NCBI GenBank assembly: GCA_036397795.1
Contig: DASWIF010000043.1
Span: 1-53,514, forward strand
Direction: 5' to 3'
DNA: 53,514 nt
Source: Candidatus Saccharimonadales bacterium
GTDB lineage: Bacteria; Patescibacteriota; Saccharimonadia; Saccharimonadales; DASWIF01
How positions within the stretch are numbered: the stretch's first letter is position 1; every line of letters begins with the position of its first letter. A program made the position numbers and the translations under genes. Under the pieces are notes generated by a model, which saw only the letters and a program-made list of their open reading frames with translations, was not told the DNA's origin and did not search any database. Positions 1 through 8,818 of this stretch are shown here, one piece after another.

Positions 1-649
1 CCTTGTTCACAGCTCGTGCTTGGAGGTCTTTGAGCAGCCAGCCGTCGCCCTTGTCACTTCCATCCATCCCAAACCAGATAGTATCATTGGAAAATATGTT
101 GTGATCCGGCATGGCGCCAAGAGTTTTGCCATCAATTGCGAAAACGATTTTGCCATTTTCCCGTTTAAAGTTTACGATGACATCATTTTTTAAATTGACG
201 TTGTAACTTCGTATATCCATTGGTGATGACGAGTTACCATCCCAGATACGTGCTTCAATGCGACTGGCGGATACATCAATTCGTAAACTTGGTCTTTCTT
301 GGCGCCACTCATCGTAAATAACGGGCACCTGTCCATAAAGTTGCAAAGACGCACCATCTTCCATACCTTGCATTATTGCCTTTATTTCAAAGTCCCCGGA
401 AATTTCCAAGTGCGGACCGCGCACGTATACTGGTGGGTTAAGCTGAGCGGCAGACCCATCCTGGTGGATAATACTTTGGTTGAGCGGTGTTATCTGTACG
501 CCATTCGTTTTAACCGTTGCGCCAGATAAATGCGACCAGTCATAGTCAGATAACAAACTTCCAAAGCCATTACCTTTATTTGATTGACTGAAGGAAAATG
601 CCAATACGGATAGAAGAGCTATAGTAATTAAGAATCCTAGCTTCCTCAT
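1..649 (-). CDS. secreted protein of unknown function, N-terminal part (3' end runs off the window start)
   Basis: Absent from the supplied ORF track because it is edge-truncated. ATG at 649-647. I checked every codon of this frame down to position 2 and found no stop. N-terminus MRKLGFLITIALLSVLAFSFSQS looks like a signal peptide. Confidence 0.6.
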   Translation of the reverse strand, partial: MRKLGFLITIALLSVLAFSFSQSNKGNGFGSLLSDYDWSHLSGATVKTNGVQITPLNQSIIHQDGSAAQLNPPVYVRGPHLEISGDFEIKAIMQGMEDGASLQLYGQVPVIYDEWRQERPSLRIDVSASRIEARIWDGNSSSPMDIRSYNVNLKNDVIVNFKRENGKIVFAIDGKTLGAMPDHNIFSNDTIWFGMDGSDKGDGWLLKDLQARAVNK

Positions 650-741
650 ACAAGCAGTTTCTTCCAATCATGAAAAGATGGCAAATTTTGCAGAGGTGGC
701 GAATATGAAAAAGGACTCTGTTAGAGTCCAAAACTTTTGCT

Positions 742-816
742 TGGTAGCGGGGGCAGGATTCGAACCTGCGACCTTGTGGTTATGAGCCACACGAGCTGCC
801 ACTGCTCCACCCCGCG
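742..816 (-). tRNA. tRNA-Met (anticodon CAU), initiator-like
   Basis: 75 nt cloverleaf read on the minus strand: CGCGGGG-TG-GAGC-AGTGGCA-GCTC-G-TGTGG-CTCATAA-CCACA-AGGTC-GCAGG-TTCGAAT-CCTGC-CCCCGCT-A-CCA. The 5' CGCGGGG and the unpaired C1/U72 resemble bacterial initiator tRNA. Only two of the usual three G-C pairs close the anticodon stem. Confidence 0.85.
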
Positions 817-1207
817 CCGATACCCCAAAAATCCGCTTGACTGGGATTTGATGAGGGCCCTCAAGGAGCAAAGAAACTAATTGCTTTTTTCCTTAAAACA
901 TAACTGCTCTTTAGCAGAAATTAGGCATGTATCACGGTAGCAACCACTACATCTGTTGTCAACCGTAACCAATAAAGTCAATTGATTGGTTTATGTAGAG
1001 TGGCTGAGGTTTTTAAAGCGGTGGGTCTTAGGTGTTATGTTTTTCTAAGATTTCATATATATTTAGCATCATAGTGAGTGAAGCCTTACCGGTATTTGAT
1101 AACCCAACGATAGAATCGCATAGGCGATTACCCCAAGACCTGCCAATCATGGCACTTCCTGAATATGCTACCAACTCGATCGAGTCTGGCTTTGATGGCC
1201 GTTAATA

Positions 1208-1570
1208 ATGCGCCAGTTGTATGAACAAGGAAGGGCCGACAGCCAAACTGAGGTTTATTTAGTGGTGTTTCGTTCCAGACTGTTAGCTGGTGCCGATATA
1301 CATAAGTTGCTAAAAGACGACGAGGCGGCCCATTTTGAAGCCTCGCAAGCACCAGGCTACATCACTTACTTTAAAGGCGCGGCAGACACTGACGGCAATA
1401 ATCTATCCTTTTGTTTATGGCAGAGTCAGAATTCAGCCAGGGAAGCCGCTTTTGGTGAGAAACATAAGTTGGCAGCCGGAAACGTCAGCGAGGCGTATGC
1501 ATATTTCAGTTTACAAAGGTACTTTGTCAGTCAAGCCCAGGACGGAGACGTTGTCTTTATTCCCGCTTAA
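1208..1570 (+). CDS. hypothetical protein (possibly a small Dabb/ABM-like alpha+beta fold)
   Basis: 120 aa ORF with no strong motif. Fold guess rests only on the pattern EVYLVVFRSRL...SFCLWQSQNSAREA...YFSLQRY. Confidence 0.4.
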   Translation: MRQLYEQGRADSQTEVYLVVFRSRLLAGADIHKLLKDDEAAHFEASQAPGYITYFKGAADTDGNNLSFCLWQSQNSAREAAFGEKHKLAAGNVSEAYAYFSLQRYFVSQAQDGDVVFIPA

Positions 1571-1649
1571 GTTAAATAATCGGTCAAGGCTATTTTTTAG
1601 AGTTTTGCACACAAGGTATAATTAGATTGCTAAAAAGCAGGGGAGTAGT

Positions 1650-2123
1650 ATGGCTAAGAAAATCATAGGACTGCTATTGGTAATATTGATCGCTGGCGGT
1701 GCGGCCATTTGGGTCATGGGTGATGACGATAGCGATAATAACGCAGGTGATTTATTAGACAACACTAGCCAGTCCTCACAACCTGAACCCGATGAGCAAG
1801 TAACTGAGGATGAAACTCAAGATGAATCACAGCTGGCAAATAACACCACCGAATTTATAGTCAATGCCGACGACAACGGCGCAGATGTCATGAGGGTCAA
1901 GATTACCAGGGGCAAGACCATAAAAATTACCTTTAACGTTAGTCAAAACGGTACTTATCATGGCGGGCTACAGTTTAAGAGCGATGTCGTCTCGACCGGA
2001 GCGATTGCACCCGGTGATTCCGAAACCGTTACCTTTACGGCCGACCAATCTTTTGATTTTGTCCCTTATTGGTACGCGGGGCAAGTCAAAAAAGACTACG
2101 TGATATCGATTGAGGTGGAGTAG
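1650..2123 (+). CDS. N-terminally membrane-anchored extracytoplasmic protein (possible cupredoxin-like beta-sandwich)
   Basis: SD-like GGGGAG upstream. TM anchor IIGLLLVILIAGGAAIWV, then an acidic low-complexity linker and a roughly 90 aa beta-rich C-terminal domain. Confidence 0.55.
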   Translation: MAKKIIGLLLVILIAGGAAIWVMGDDDSDNNAGDLLDNTSQSSQPEPDEQVTEDETQDESQLANNTTEFIVNADDNGADVMRVKITRGKTIKITFNVSQNGTYHGGLQFKSDVVSTGAIAPGDSETVTFTADQSFDFVPYWYAGQVKKDYVISIEVE

Positions 2124-2131
2124 ATTTAAAA

Positions 2132-2290
2132 TTGAGCACCCTACCTTGCCGGGAGAAGCTGCCTTTTAAAACAAAGTCGGAGGCCGAAGGGGCGGCGGTT
2201 ACCGCCAGGCATCGCTACGGCGGTGACAAGGCCAAAGTTTATCATTGCCAGCATTGTAGTTATTGGCACTTGGCGAAGAACCACGATTAG
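2132..2290 (+). CDS. small Cys3-His zinc-ribbon-like protein (52 aa, TTG start), not in ORF track
   Basis: Hand-translated: LSTLPCREKLPFKTKSEAEGAAVTARHRYGGDKAKVYHCQHCSYWHLAKNHD*. GGTGGAG lies 11 nt upstream, inside the end of the previous gene. C-x32-CxxC-x3-H spacing. Confidence 0.35.
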   Translation: MSTLPCREKLPFKTKSEAEGAAVTARHRYGGDKAKVYHCQHCSYWHLAKNHD

Positions 2291-2341
2291 CTGGTAATTG
2301 AATTAAGTCAAAAAAGCGGGTTAAATCAGGACCGATAACTA

Positions 2342-3736
2342 TCAGGCAATTTTGGCGCAGGCCACACGGACAGCTTCCGACCAGGTCGGAAAAGCGTGGA
2401 CGGTGTCAACGATAGCTTGGGCCGTTAAACCGTGCTGAATCGCTAATGCTAGCTCATGTATCATCTCTCCGGCACGGGGCGAGACAATAGCGGCGCCGAG
2501 CAAAATCCCCTGTTTGTCTGCCAAAACCTTAACGAAGCCGATATCGTTATCGGCTGTGTTGGCTCGTCCAATGACTGATACAGCAGCGGCACCGACTTGG
2601 TAATTAATTTTCCTCGACTTGAGTTCGTCTTCGGTTGCCCCCACTCCAGCTGCTTCCGGCGCGACGAACGTAACGCGCGGTATGGCGTGGTATAGGGCCT
2701 TGATCCACTCACGTTTGGGTCGAAACATGTTATAAGCCGCAATTCGGCTTTGGTAAGAAGCTACGTGGGTAAACATCATTTTGCCGGTCACATCACCGGC
2801 GGCGTAAATATGCGGCGAGCTAGTTTGCATGAAATCATTGACCTTTATACCGTGCTTATCGTATTCGACCCCGGCATTTTCCAGGCCTAGATCGGTATGG
2901 GGTACCTTACCAGTAGCGACTAAGACTTCATCGACCTTTACTGATTGGATTTTGCCACTTGTCCGAAAATAAACAGTCTTCTTGCCGGCCTTAGCCTCAA
3001 TCTTTACGACTTCGGTCGAGATGTGAACGTTAATGCCGTTTTGGTGCTCAAATACCGCCTGAATCAACTCGCCCACTGCGGCGTCCTCCTTCGTGAGTAG
3101 ACGCGGCGCGAAATCGGCAATAGTCACTTTGGTACCGAATGTGGCAAATAGCTCGGCAAATTCACAACCAATAGCGCCTCCGCCGATAATAAAAACACTT
3201 TTTAACGGCTTGGTCAGATCAATCGCATCGCGGTAAGTTATAAAGCCCGATTCGGACAAACCTTCGATTGGCGGAATAAAATTGCTGGTGCCAGTTGCCA
3301 CTAAGAATTTTTTGGCCGTGAAGCGGCGCTGGCCAGTGCTGATCTCGTGCGGAGATATGAAATGAGCATGACCACTAATAACAGCAATTCCATCGGCGCT
3401 GTAGGCTCGTTCACCGTCGGCCGTGCCAGTTCGTTTAACGGCTAAGTCTTTCCATTTTTTTATAGCCGGATAATTAAAATTGAGAGCCGATACTTTTATG
3501 CCAAACTTTTTAGCCTCAGTGGCACTACGGTAGAGCTCGGCGGCTTGGAGCAATGCCTTGGTTGGTACACAGCCAAAATTCGGACATTCACCGCCGACGG
3601 TATCGTCCTCAACAATCGCAACTTTATGACCCGCGCGGGCAGATAAATGCGCGGCGACACCGCCGCCGGCGCCAGATCCGATGGCAATTAGATCATAGTC
3701 GTGCACCCGTTGGGCCTTGGGCATTAGCGATGCCAC
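2342..3736 (-). CDS. class I pyridine nucleotide-disulfide oxidoreductase (dihydrolipoamide dehydrogenase / glutathione reductase family)
   Basis: FAD-binding GSGAGG. Redox-active CxxxxC in GGECPNFGCVPTK. Second Rossmann motif GGGAIGCE. C-terminal interface motif HAFPTWSE. Confidence 0.85.
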   Translation of the reverse strand: MASLMPKAQRVHDYDLIAIGSGAGGGVAAHLSARAGHKVAIVEDDTVGGECPNFGCVPTKALLQAAELYRSATEAKKFGIKVSALNFNYPAIKKWKDLAVKRTGTADGERAYSADGIAVISGHAHFISPHEISTGQRRFTAKKFLVATGTSNFIPPIEGLSESGFITYRDAIDLTKPLKSVFIIGGGAIGCEFAELFATFGTKVTIADFAPRLLTKEDAAVGELIQAVFEHQNGINVHISTEVVKIEAKAGKKTVYFRTSGKIQSVKVDEVLVATGKVPHTDLGLENAGVEYDKHGIKVNDFMQTSSPHIYAAGDVTGKMMFTHVASYQSRIAAYNMFRPKREWIKALYHAIPRVTFVAPEAAGVGATEDELKSRKINYQVGAAAVSVIGRANTADNDIGFVKVLADKQGILLGAAIVSPRAGEMIHELALAIQHGLTAQAIVDTVHAFPTWSEAVRVACAKIA

Positions 3737-3996
3737 TCCCGGTGATTTAGGTACATATAGGCAGCGTTGGCGTTATACGGCCGGAAATGTTTAGCGGCGA
3801 TTCGTCGAATATCGTGGGCCGTGACCTCGTGTTTATTTTTTAGCCAGTCATCGACATGCGCCACGACTTTTTCTGCTACTAACTCAGCTTCGCCAGTCGT
3901 AGCCCTAACCGATAAACAGGCGGCATAGACACTGGCATAAAGCTTGCGAGAATCGTACTCTTCAGTGTGGCCTTGTCTTTTGACGACGTGTTTCAT
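3724..3996 (-). CDS. stand-alone ATP-cone domain protein
   Basis: 90 aa. VVKRQGHTEEYDSRKL...EVTAHDIRRI resembles the ATP-cone found in NrdR and ribonucleotide reductases. Overlaps the reductase gene by 13 nt. Confidence 0.6.
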   Translation of the reverse strand: MKHVVKRQGHTEEYDSRKLYASVYAACLSVRATTGEAELVAEKVVAHVDDWLKNKHEVTAHDIRRIAAKHFRPYNANAAYMYLNHREWHR

Positions 3997-3999
3997 AAC

Positions 4000-4704
4000 C
4001 TACCCAAAATTAATAGTGCCGTTAGCAATTAGTATTAGTATCCAGCCGAGCGAGGCCAGCAACAGGCCCATAAACAAGCGCATCGTGCCTTTGCTTTCTT
4101 CCTTCCACTTGGCTACAGAACTGATCTTTGAGCCGCCAGCCACCATGACCAGAATTACTATTAGCGGCGCGATGAATATTAAGTTGTAAAGCACCATCAG
4201 CATTAAAGCCTGGAAATCGAAATTGATTCTTAAGATAGTGATAATGGCTAAATATGGCGCTCCGGTGCACGGCAGTTCGACCGCCGCTACGAAAGCGCCC
4301 AAAAACATGACGCCCACAATTGATTGTTTGGATTTTGAATACTCATGAATCTTATTGGCGAAATAGGTGGGAATTTGCAGCGAAAATCCTTTTCCGTACC
4401 AAAAATAATCCTTTATCTCCAACACGCCGGCCAACATCACCAGCCCGCCGACGAAAATTGACAAGTATTCCGCCCAGACAATTGGAATCTCACTAAAGAA
4501 ATAAACCAACCCCAAGCCAGCCGCCAGGTAGGTGATAAAGATCGCTGTGACATAAGCTCCGCCCAACGCCAATAACCGCTTGGTTGATCCCCCGCCGCCC
4601 AGCACCACCGATATCATCAAAATCAGGACTCCAATTGCACACGGATTGATCGAGTCAATGGCGGCCGAGCCGATTACGAGACCCAGCGTTGGCAGGTCTA
4701 GCAT
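4000..4704 (-). CDS. ccdA: CcdA/DsbD-family transmembrane thiol-disulfide electron transporter
   Basis: Polytopic membrane protein with the two signature membrane cysteines (SINPCAIGVL and ELPCTGAPYL). Confidence 0.8.
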   Translation of the reverse strand: MLDLPTLGLVIGSAAIDSINPCAIGVLILMISVVLGGGGSTKRLLALGGAYVTAIFITYLAAGLGLVYFFSEIPIVWAEYLSIFVGGLVMLAGVLEIKDYFWYGKGFSLQIPTYFANKIHEYSKSKQSIVGVMFLGAFVAAVELPCTGAPYLAIITILRINFDFQALMLMVLYNLIFIAPLIVILVMVAGGSKISSVAKWKEESKGTMRLFMGLLLASLGWILILIANGTINFG

Positions 4705-5697
4705 CTAGAGTTCCTCCGAGGGTTCGACTAAGTTGGAATTCGGGTCGGTTAGCGGATAGTTTAACTGGCGGGCTTGGCAAATTGAACGTTCGTGAGGCAA
4801 AACCCCAAATTGTTCGCAGCGGTCAACATCCCTGATCCCGTATTGTTCGCAAAGTTTGTCAGTTTGATCATTGACCGGTCCGAACTCGACGATAATACAG
4901 TCGCCTGGCGGCACATTTGGCTCGCGGGCAATCGTGTAGTTCTGCGGCTCGGCCAGTTTTTGTTGAGCGTAGGTATCGGTTTCCTCGTCGTACTTATAAA
5001 CATATACCTGGACTTCAGACGGAGCATCGCCGCAGGTTTGACCGTTGATAAAACGAGCGAATCGACCGTCGTTAGTGTTAAGCATAAACCTTTCGAGTTG
5101 ACTTGCATTAAGGTCTGACGGGCCGTCTCCATCGGTTTCGTCTTCGTAAATCCCACCTTCATCATTTAGCGGAACTACCAAAGCCGAGCCGGTCACGGTG
5201 CCATCGATGACATGGAAGAATTTACCCAAGCTGGCATCGTTTGTTTCGTCAACTACCACGCCTTCAAGATGAACCCGCCGATCGTTATGCTCGTGCAGCG
5301 TCGACGTACCAACTTTGTTGGACAGAAACTTGTAAGGATTCTTAAGCTCAAGCTCGTTGCCACAGGCCCAAATTTCAAAATCAGCATGCCAGTGAACCGG
5401 CCCGCCGGAATCTGAGGATGCGTTAAGATAAATCGTGGCGGCTCCTAAAAAGCTGATTGAACCGATCATAATCGTGGCCATGGCGATGAAAATGGGCAAC
5501 TTAAACTTTTTTTGGCGGTCTTTTATAAAGGACGCTATGACAGTGAGAACTATCAATCCCACAGCGGAATACAGCACAAGGTTGATGGAGACCGAGCCAA
5601 TGCGGCCTTCCAAGTCGTCTTCTGGTACGAACAAGTTATCAATTCCCTCACGGGCAGATTGCGCGAACAAAACCAATCCACTAACTAGGTTACCCAC
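4705..5697 (-). CDS. membrane-anchored, Cys-rich extracytoplasmic protein of unknown function
   Basis: Two N-terminal TM segments. Ectodomain has the His-rich motif VHWHADFEIWACGNE...STLHEHNDRRVHLEG and six Cys. Its stop abuts the ccdA start (4705/4704). Confidence 0.6.
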   Translation of the reverse strand: MGNLVSGLVLFAQSAREGIDNLFVPEDDLEGRIGSVSINLVLYSAVGLIVLTVIASFIKDRQKKFKLPIFIAMATIMIGSISFLGAATIYLNASSDSGGPVHWHADFEIWACGNELELKNPYKFLSNKVGTSTLHEHNDRRVHLEGVVVDETNDASLGKFFHVIDGTVTGSALVVPLNDEGGIYEDETDGDGPSDLNASQLERFMLNTNDGRFARFINGQTCGDAPSEVQVYVYKYDEETDTYAQQKLAEPQNYTIAREPNVPPGDCIIVEFGPVNDQTDKLCEQYGIRDVDRCEQFGVLPHERSICQARQLNYPLTDPNSNLVEPSEEL

Positions 5698-5770
5698 GGC
5701 CGGTCATTCTTTTCTTAGCATTCACGTTCAATTTATCATATACTAAACATAAGCGTCAAAACAGAGGAAA

Positions 5771-8500
5771 ATGGTGGGAAAAGTCGAATACTATCGTCAG
5801 CCAGTGCCTGATATTGCCAATGAACTTGAGGTGGATACAACCCAAGGGCTCTCACTAGCTGAAACTCGGACTCGGCTGGCGAAATTTGGCCCCAATCGAC
5901 TAGAAGCAGCCAAAAAAATAAACCCACTTAGATTGTTTTTAAGCCAGTTTAACGATGTGTTAATCATCGTTTTAATAATCGCGGCGGCGGTCTCGTTCGG
6001 TCTGAGTTTTGTCGAAGACGAGGGCGGTGTGACCGAGTCGCTGTTGATTGTATTTATAGTTTTAGCGATCGCTGTAGTCGGCTTTCTAAATGAATATAAA
6101 GCCGAGCGAACGGTCGAAGCATTGATGAAATTAGTTGGTCATAAGGCCAAGGTTCGGCGTGGCGGCCAGGTTGAAGAAGTCGATTCGGCCGAGCTCGTAC
6201 CGGGCGATATCGTCTTGCTGGAAGAAGGCATGAAGGTCCCGGCTGACATCCGGTTGGCACAAGTTAAAAACCTGATGGTTAACGAAGCCAGTCTGACCGG
6301 CGAATCGGTACCAGTCAGTAAAAATACTTTCGCGATTGATAAGGCCGCTACGCTAGGCGATCAAAAAGGCATGGTATTTTCCGGTACGATTATCGCGTCG
6401 GGTACGGCCGAGGGCATTGTAGTAGCCACTGGACAATCAACCGAAATTGGCAAAATCGCCGGGTTAGTCAGCGAGGTTGAAGAAGAACTAACCCCGATGC
6501 AGAAAAAACTTGATGATCTTGGCCGCAAAATCGGCGCCGTCATATTAGCAATTAGCATACTGGTTTTTATTATTATCTTCTTTTTAGATAAGGACATAGT
6601 TGATGCAAACCTGCTGCAACGATTAATACTAGCCTTTACGGCGGCAGTGGCGCTGGCGGTGGCCGCTATTCCAGAGGGCTTGGCATTTGTAGTTAGAATC
6701 TCATTGGCTTTTGGCGCTCGTCGGATGGCGTCAAAAAACGCCCTCGTCAGGAAACTCAGCGCGGTTGAAGCGCTGGGCAGCACCGATGTTATTTGTTCGG
6801 ACAAGACCGGGACACTAACGCGCGGCGAAATGACAGTTCGCTCTATCTGGTTTGAAAACATGTCTTATGAAGCCGAAGGGTCGGGCTACGAGACTGAGGG
6901 CGGGTTTACGTTTAACGGCAAACCGGTCGAGCCGAAGGCGATTTTACCACTGTTAAGAATTGGTGTTCTTAATAATAATGCGCGACTTAAGGACAAAGCC
7001 ATTCTGGGTGATCCGACTGAAGGGTCGTTAATCGTATCGGCCGCCAAAGCCGGACTGGATCAAGCCGAGCAAAATGCCAAGTTTCCGCGCGTTGACGAGA
7101 TACCGTTCAATAGTTCTCGGAAAATTATGAGCACTATTCATAAAACCGCTCGGGGTTATTTAGTGACTACCAAAGGCGCCGTGGACGTCTTGCTTAATAA
7201 GTGCGATCGAATTTATCACGGTGGCAAAATCAAAAAGTTAGATAAAGCCATGAGAGCCGAGATCTTAGCCGCCAACTCAGATATGGCTAAGCAGGCTTTG
7301 AGGGTCTTGGGCTTTGCTTATAAAGAACAAACGGCTCAACCAAACGCAAAATCGGCCGAGACAAAATTGGTTTTTGTCGGTTTGCAGGGCATGATGGACC
7401 CGCCCCGGCTGGAGGTCAAAGAGGTTATGCACCGGGTGCATGCCGAAGCCGGTATGAGGGTAATCATGATTACCGGTGATTTTATTGATACTGCCCAAGC
7501 CGTGGCGGAAGAAATCGGTATCACAGGAGACGCTATTTCCGGTACCGAACTAGACGAGCTGACCCAGCCGGAATTTGAAACACGGGTGGAAAAAATAGCC
7601 GTCTACGCCCGAGTTAATCCGGAGCATAAGATTCGGATTATCCAGGCGCTAAAAAAACATGGCCACCAGGTTGCAATGACCGGCGATGGCGTTAATGATG
7701 CGCCAGCGATCAAGGCGGCCGATATCGGCATAGCCATGGGGATTACCGGTACTGATGCCTCGAAAGAGGCCGCCGATTTAATATTGCTCGACGATCAGTT
7801 CTTAACAATTATCAACGCTATTGAAGAAGGCCGCGGGATCTTTGACAACGTGCGGAAGTTTGTCAATTACCTGCTCAGCGCCAATATCGCCGAAGTACTG
7901 ACCATCTTAGGCGGCGTTGTCTTTTTAGGCCACTTAGCCTTAACAGCCGCGCAGCTGCTGTTTATTAACATTGTGACTGATGGACTGCCGGCAATCGCCC
8001 TGGGTTCGGACCCGGCCGAACGAGGCATTATGCGGTTTAAGCCCCACCGGTTCCAAGAAGCCATTATTACTAAGCGGGTCTGGGTGGAAATGCTGGTTTT
8101 CGGAGCGCTGATGACGGTGATTTTGTTAGGCCATTTTTGGTGGATTGGCGGGCATCAGCACGAACTTGTGCGCGGCACTGCGGTAGCTTTTACGGCTATG
8201 GTTATCTACGAAATGGTCAGGCTTATTGGCATCCGATCAGATTATAAGATCCGCTGGTTTTCCAATCCTTGGTTAAGTGTCGCAATCCTTGCCTCTTTTG
8301 GACTACAGCTAGTCGTGCTGTATTTCTCGCCGCTGGCCCAAGTCTTTAAGGTTCAGCCGATTCATGGCATTGACTGGTTGATTATCGGTTTGGGATCGGT
8401 TTTTCTGATTGTGGTTATGAAACTATTAACGCCGTTGCTCAATAAAACATTTACCGAAACAAAGCCCCAGTATTCAGTCGAGCATTATGAACTGGCCTAA
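5771..8500 (+). CDS. P-type cation-transporting ATPase (type II, Ca2+/cation pump-like)
   Basis: 909 aa. TGES, phosphorylation site DKTGTLT, MITGD, hinge GDGVNDAPA, about 10 TM segments. Confidence 0.9.
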   Translation: MVGKVEYYRQPVPDIANELEVDTTQGLSLAETRTRLAKFGPNRLEAAKKINPLRLFLSQFNDVLIIVLIIAAAVSFGLSFVEDEGGVTESLLIVFIVLAIAVVGFLNEYKAERTVEALMKLVGHKAKVRRGGQVEEVDSAELVPGDIVLLEEGMKVPADIRLAQVKNLMVNEASLTGESVPVSKNTFAIDKAATLGDQKGMVFSGTIIASGTAEGIVVATGQSTEIGKIAGLVSEVEEELTPMQKKLDDLGRKIGAVILAISILVFIIIFFLDKDIVDANLLQRLILAFTAAVALAVAAIPEGLAFVVRISLAFGARRMASKNALVRKLSAVEALGSTDVICSDKTGTLTRGEMTVRSIWFENMSYEAEGSGYETEGGFTFNGKPVEPKAILPLLRIGVLNNNARLKDKAILGDPTEGSLIVSAAKAGLDQAEQNAKFPRVDEIPFNSSRKIMSTIHKTARGYLVTTKGAVDVLLNKCDRIYHGGKIKKLDKAMRAEILAANSDMAKQALRVLGFAYKEQTAQPNAKSAETKLVFVGLQGMMDPPRLEVKEVMHRVHAEAGMRVIMITGDFIDTAQAVAEEIGITGDAISGTELDELTQPEFETRVEKIAVYARVNPEHKIRIIQALKKHGHQVAMTGDGVNDAPAIKAADIGIAMGITGTDASKEAADLILLDDQFLTIINAIEEGRGIFDNVRKFVNYLLSANIAEVLTILGGVVFLGHLALTAAQLLFINIVTDGLPAIALGSDPAERGIMRFKPHRFQEAIITKRVWVEMLVFGALMTVILLGHFWWIGGHQHELVRGTAVAFTAMVIYEMVRLIGIRSDYKIRWFSNPWLSVAILASFGLQLVVLYFSPLAQVFKVQPIHGIDWLIIGLGSVFLIVVMKLLTPLLNKTFTETKPQYSVEHYELA

Positions 8501-8510
8501 GATCAGTATA

Positions 8511-8539
8511 TTGACAAATATCTAATAAAATGCTAATAT
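8511..8539 (+). promoter_or_regulatory. near-consensus sigma70-type promoter
   Basis: TTGACA (8511-8516), 17 nt spacer, TGc-TAATAT (8534-8539, extended -10). Confidence 0.45.
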
Positions 8540-8582
8540 TTAATAGTCAAATAAATTAAAACAAACAGGAGCAACCCTTATT

Positions 8583-8729
8583 ATGGCCTTAGGAATAGGC
8601 AGCCTGAAGAAAAAGACTGATGCTAAAGACAAGAAGTCGTCTAAGAAAAGCTCAGCCAACGACGAAGCCGCTGATCTCTTGAAGAAAATGGATGAGAAAG
8701 CCGCTGCTGGCGATTGTCCTTTTTGCTAA
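8583..8729 (+). CDS. 48 aa lysine-rich small protein ending in GDCPFC (not in ORF track)
   Basis: AGGAG 11 nt upstream of the ATG. Translation MALGIGSLKKKTDAKDKKSSKKSSANDEAADLLKKMDEKAAAGDCPFC*. Confidence 0.45.
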   Translation: MALGIGSLKKKTDAKDKKSSKKSSANDEAADLLKKMDEKAAAGDCPFC

Positions 8730-8818
8730 ATTTGAAAACCCAGGCAACCTTCCAATCAAACAAGGACATCGAATCCGGGTTTAGTCGGTTGTAAATAGCA
8801 ATTCGGATAAAAGTCCGA

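Noticed and set aside
299-529. 76 aa plus-strand ORF near the window start
   Set aside because: It is embedded antisense in the longer edge-truncated minus-strand ORF (2-649), which has a signal peptide and no stops.
880-1130. Non-coding stretch of about 250 bp next to tRNA-Met with small hairpins (AGCAA...TTGCT followed by a T-run, AACCAAT...ATTGGTT), considered as an ncRNA
   Set aside because: It has no recognisable family features, and the stems are short enough to occur by chance.
1149-1205. 18-codon ORF immediately upstream of the 1208 gene, suggesting a frameshifted longer gene
   Set aside because: The downstream frame has its own stop at 1193 and a proper ATG at 1208. I have no homology evidence that the two belong together.
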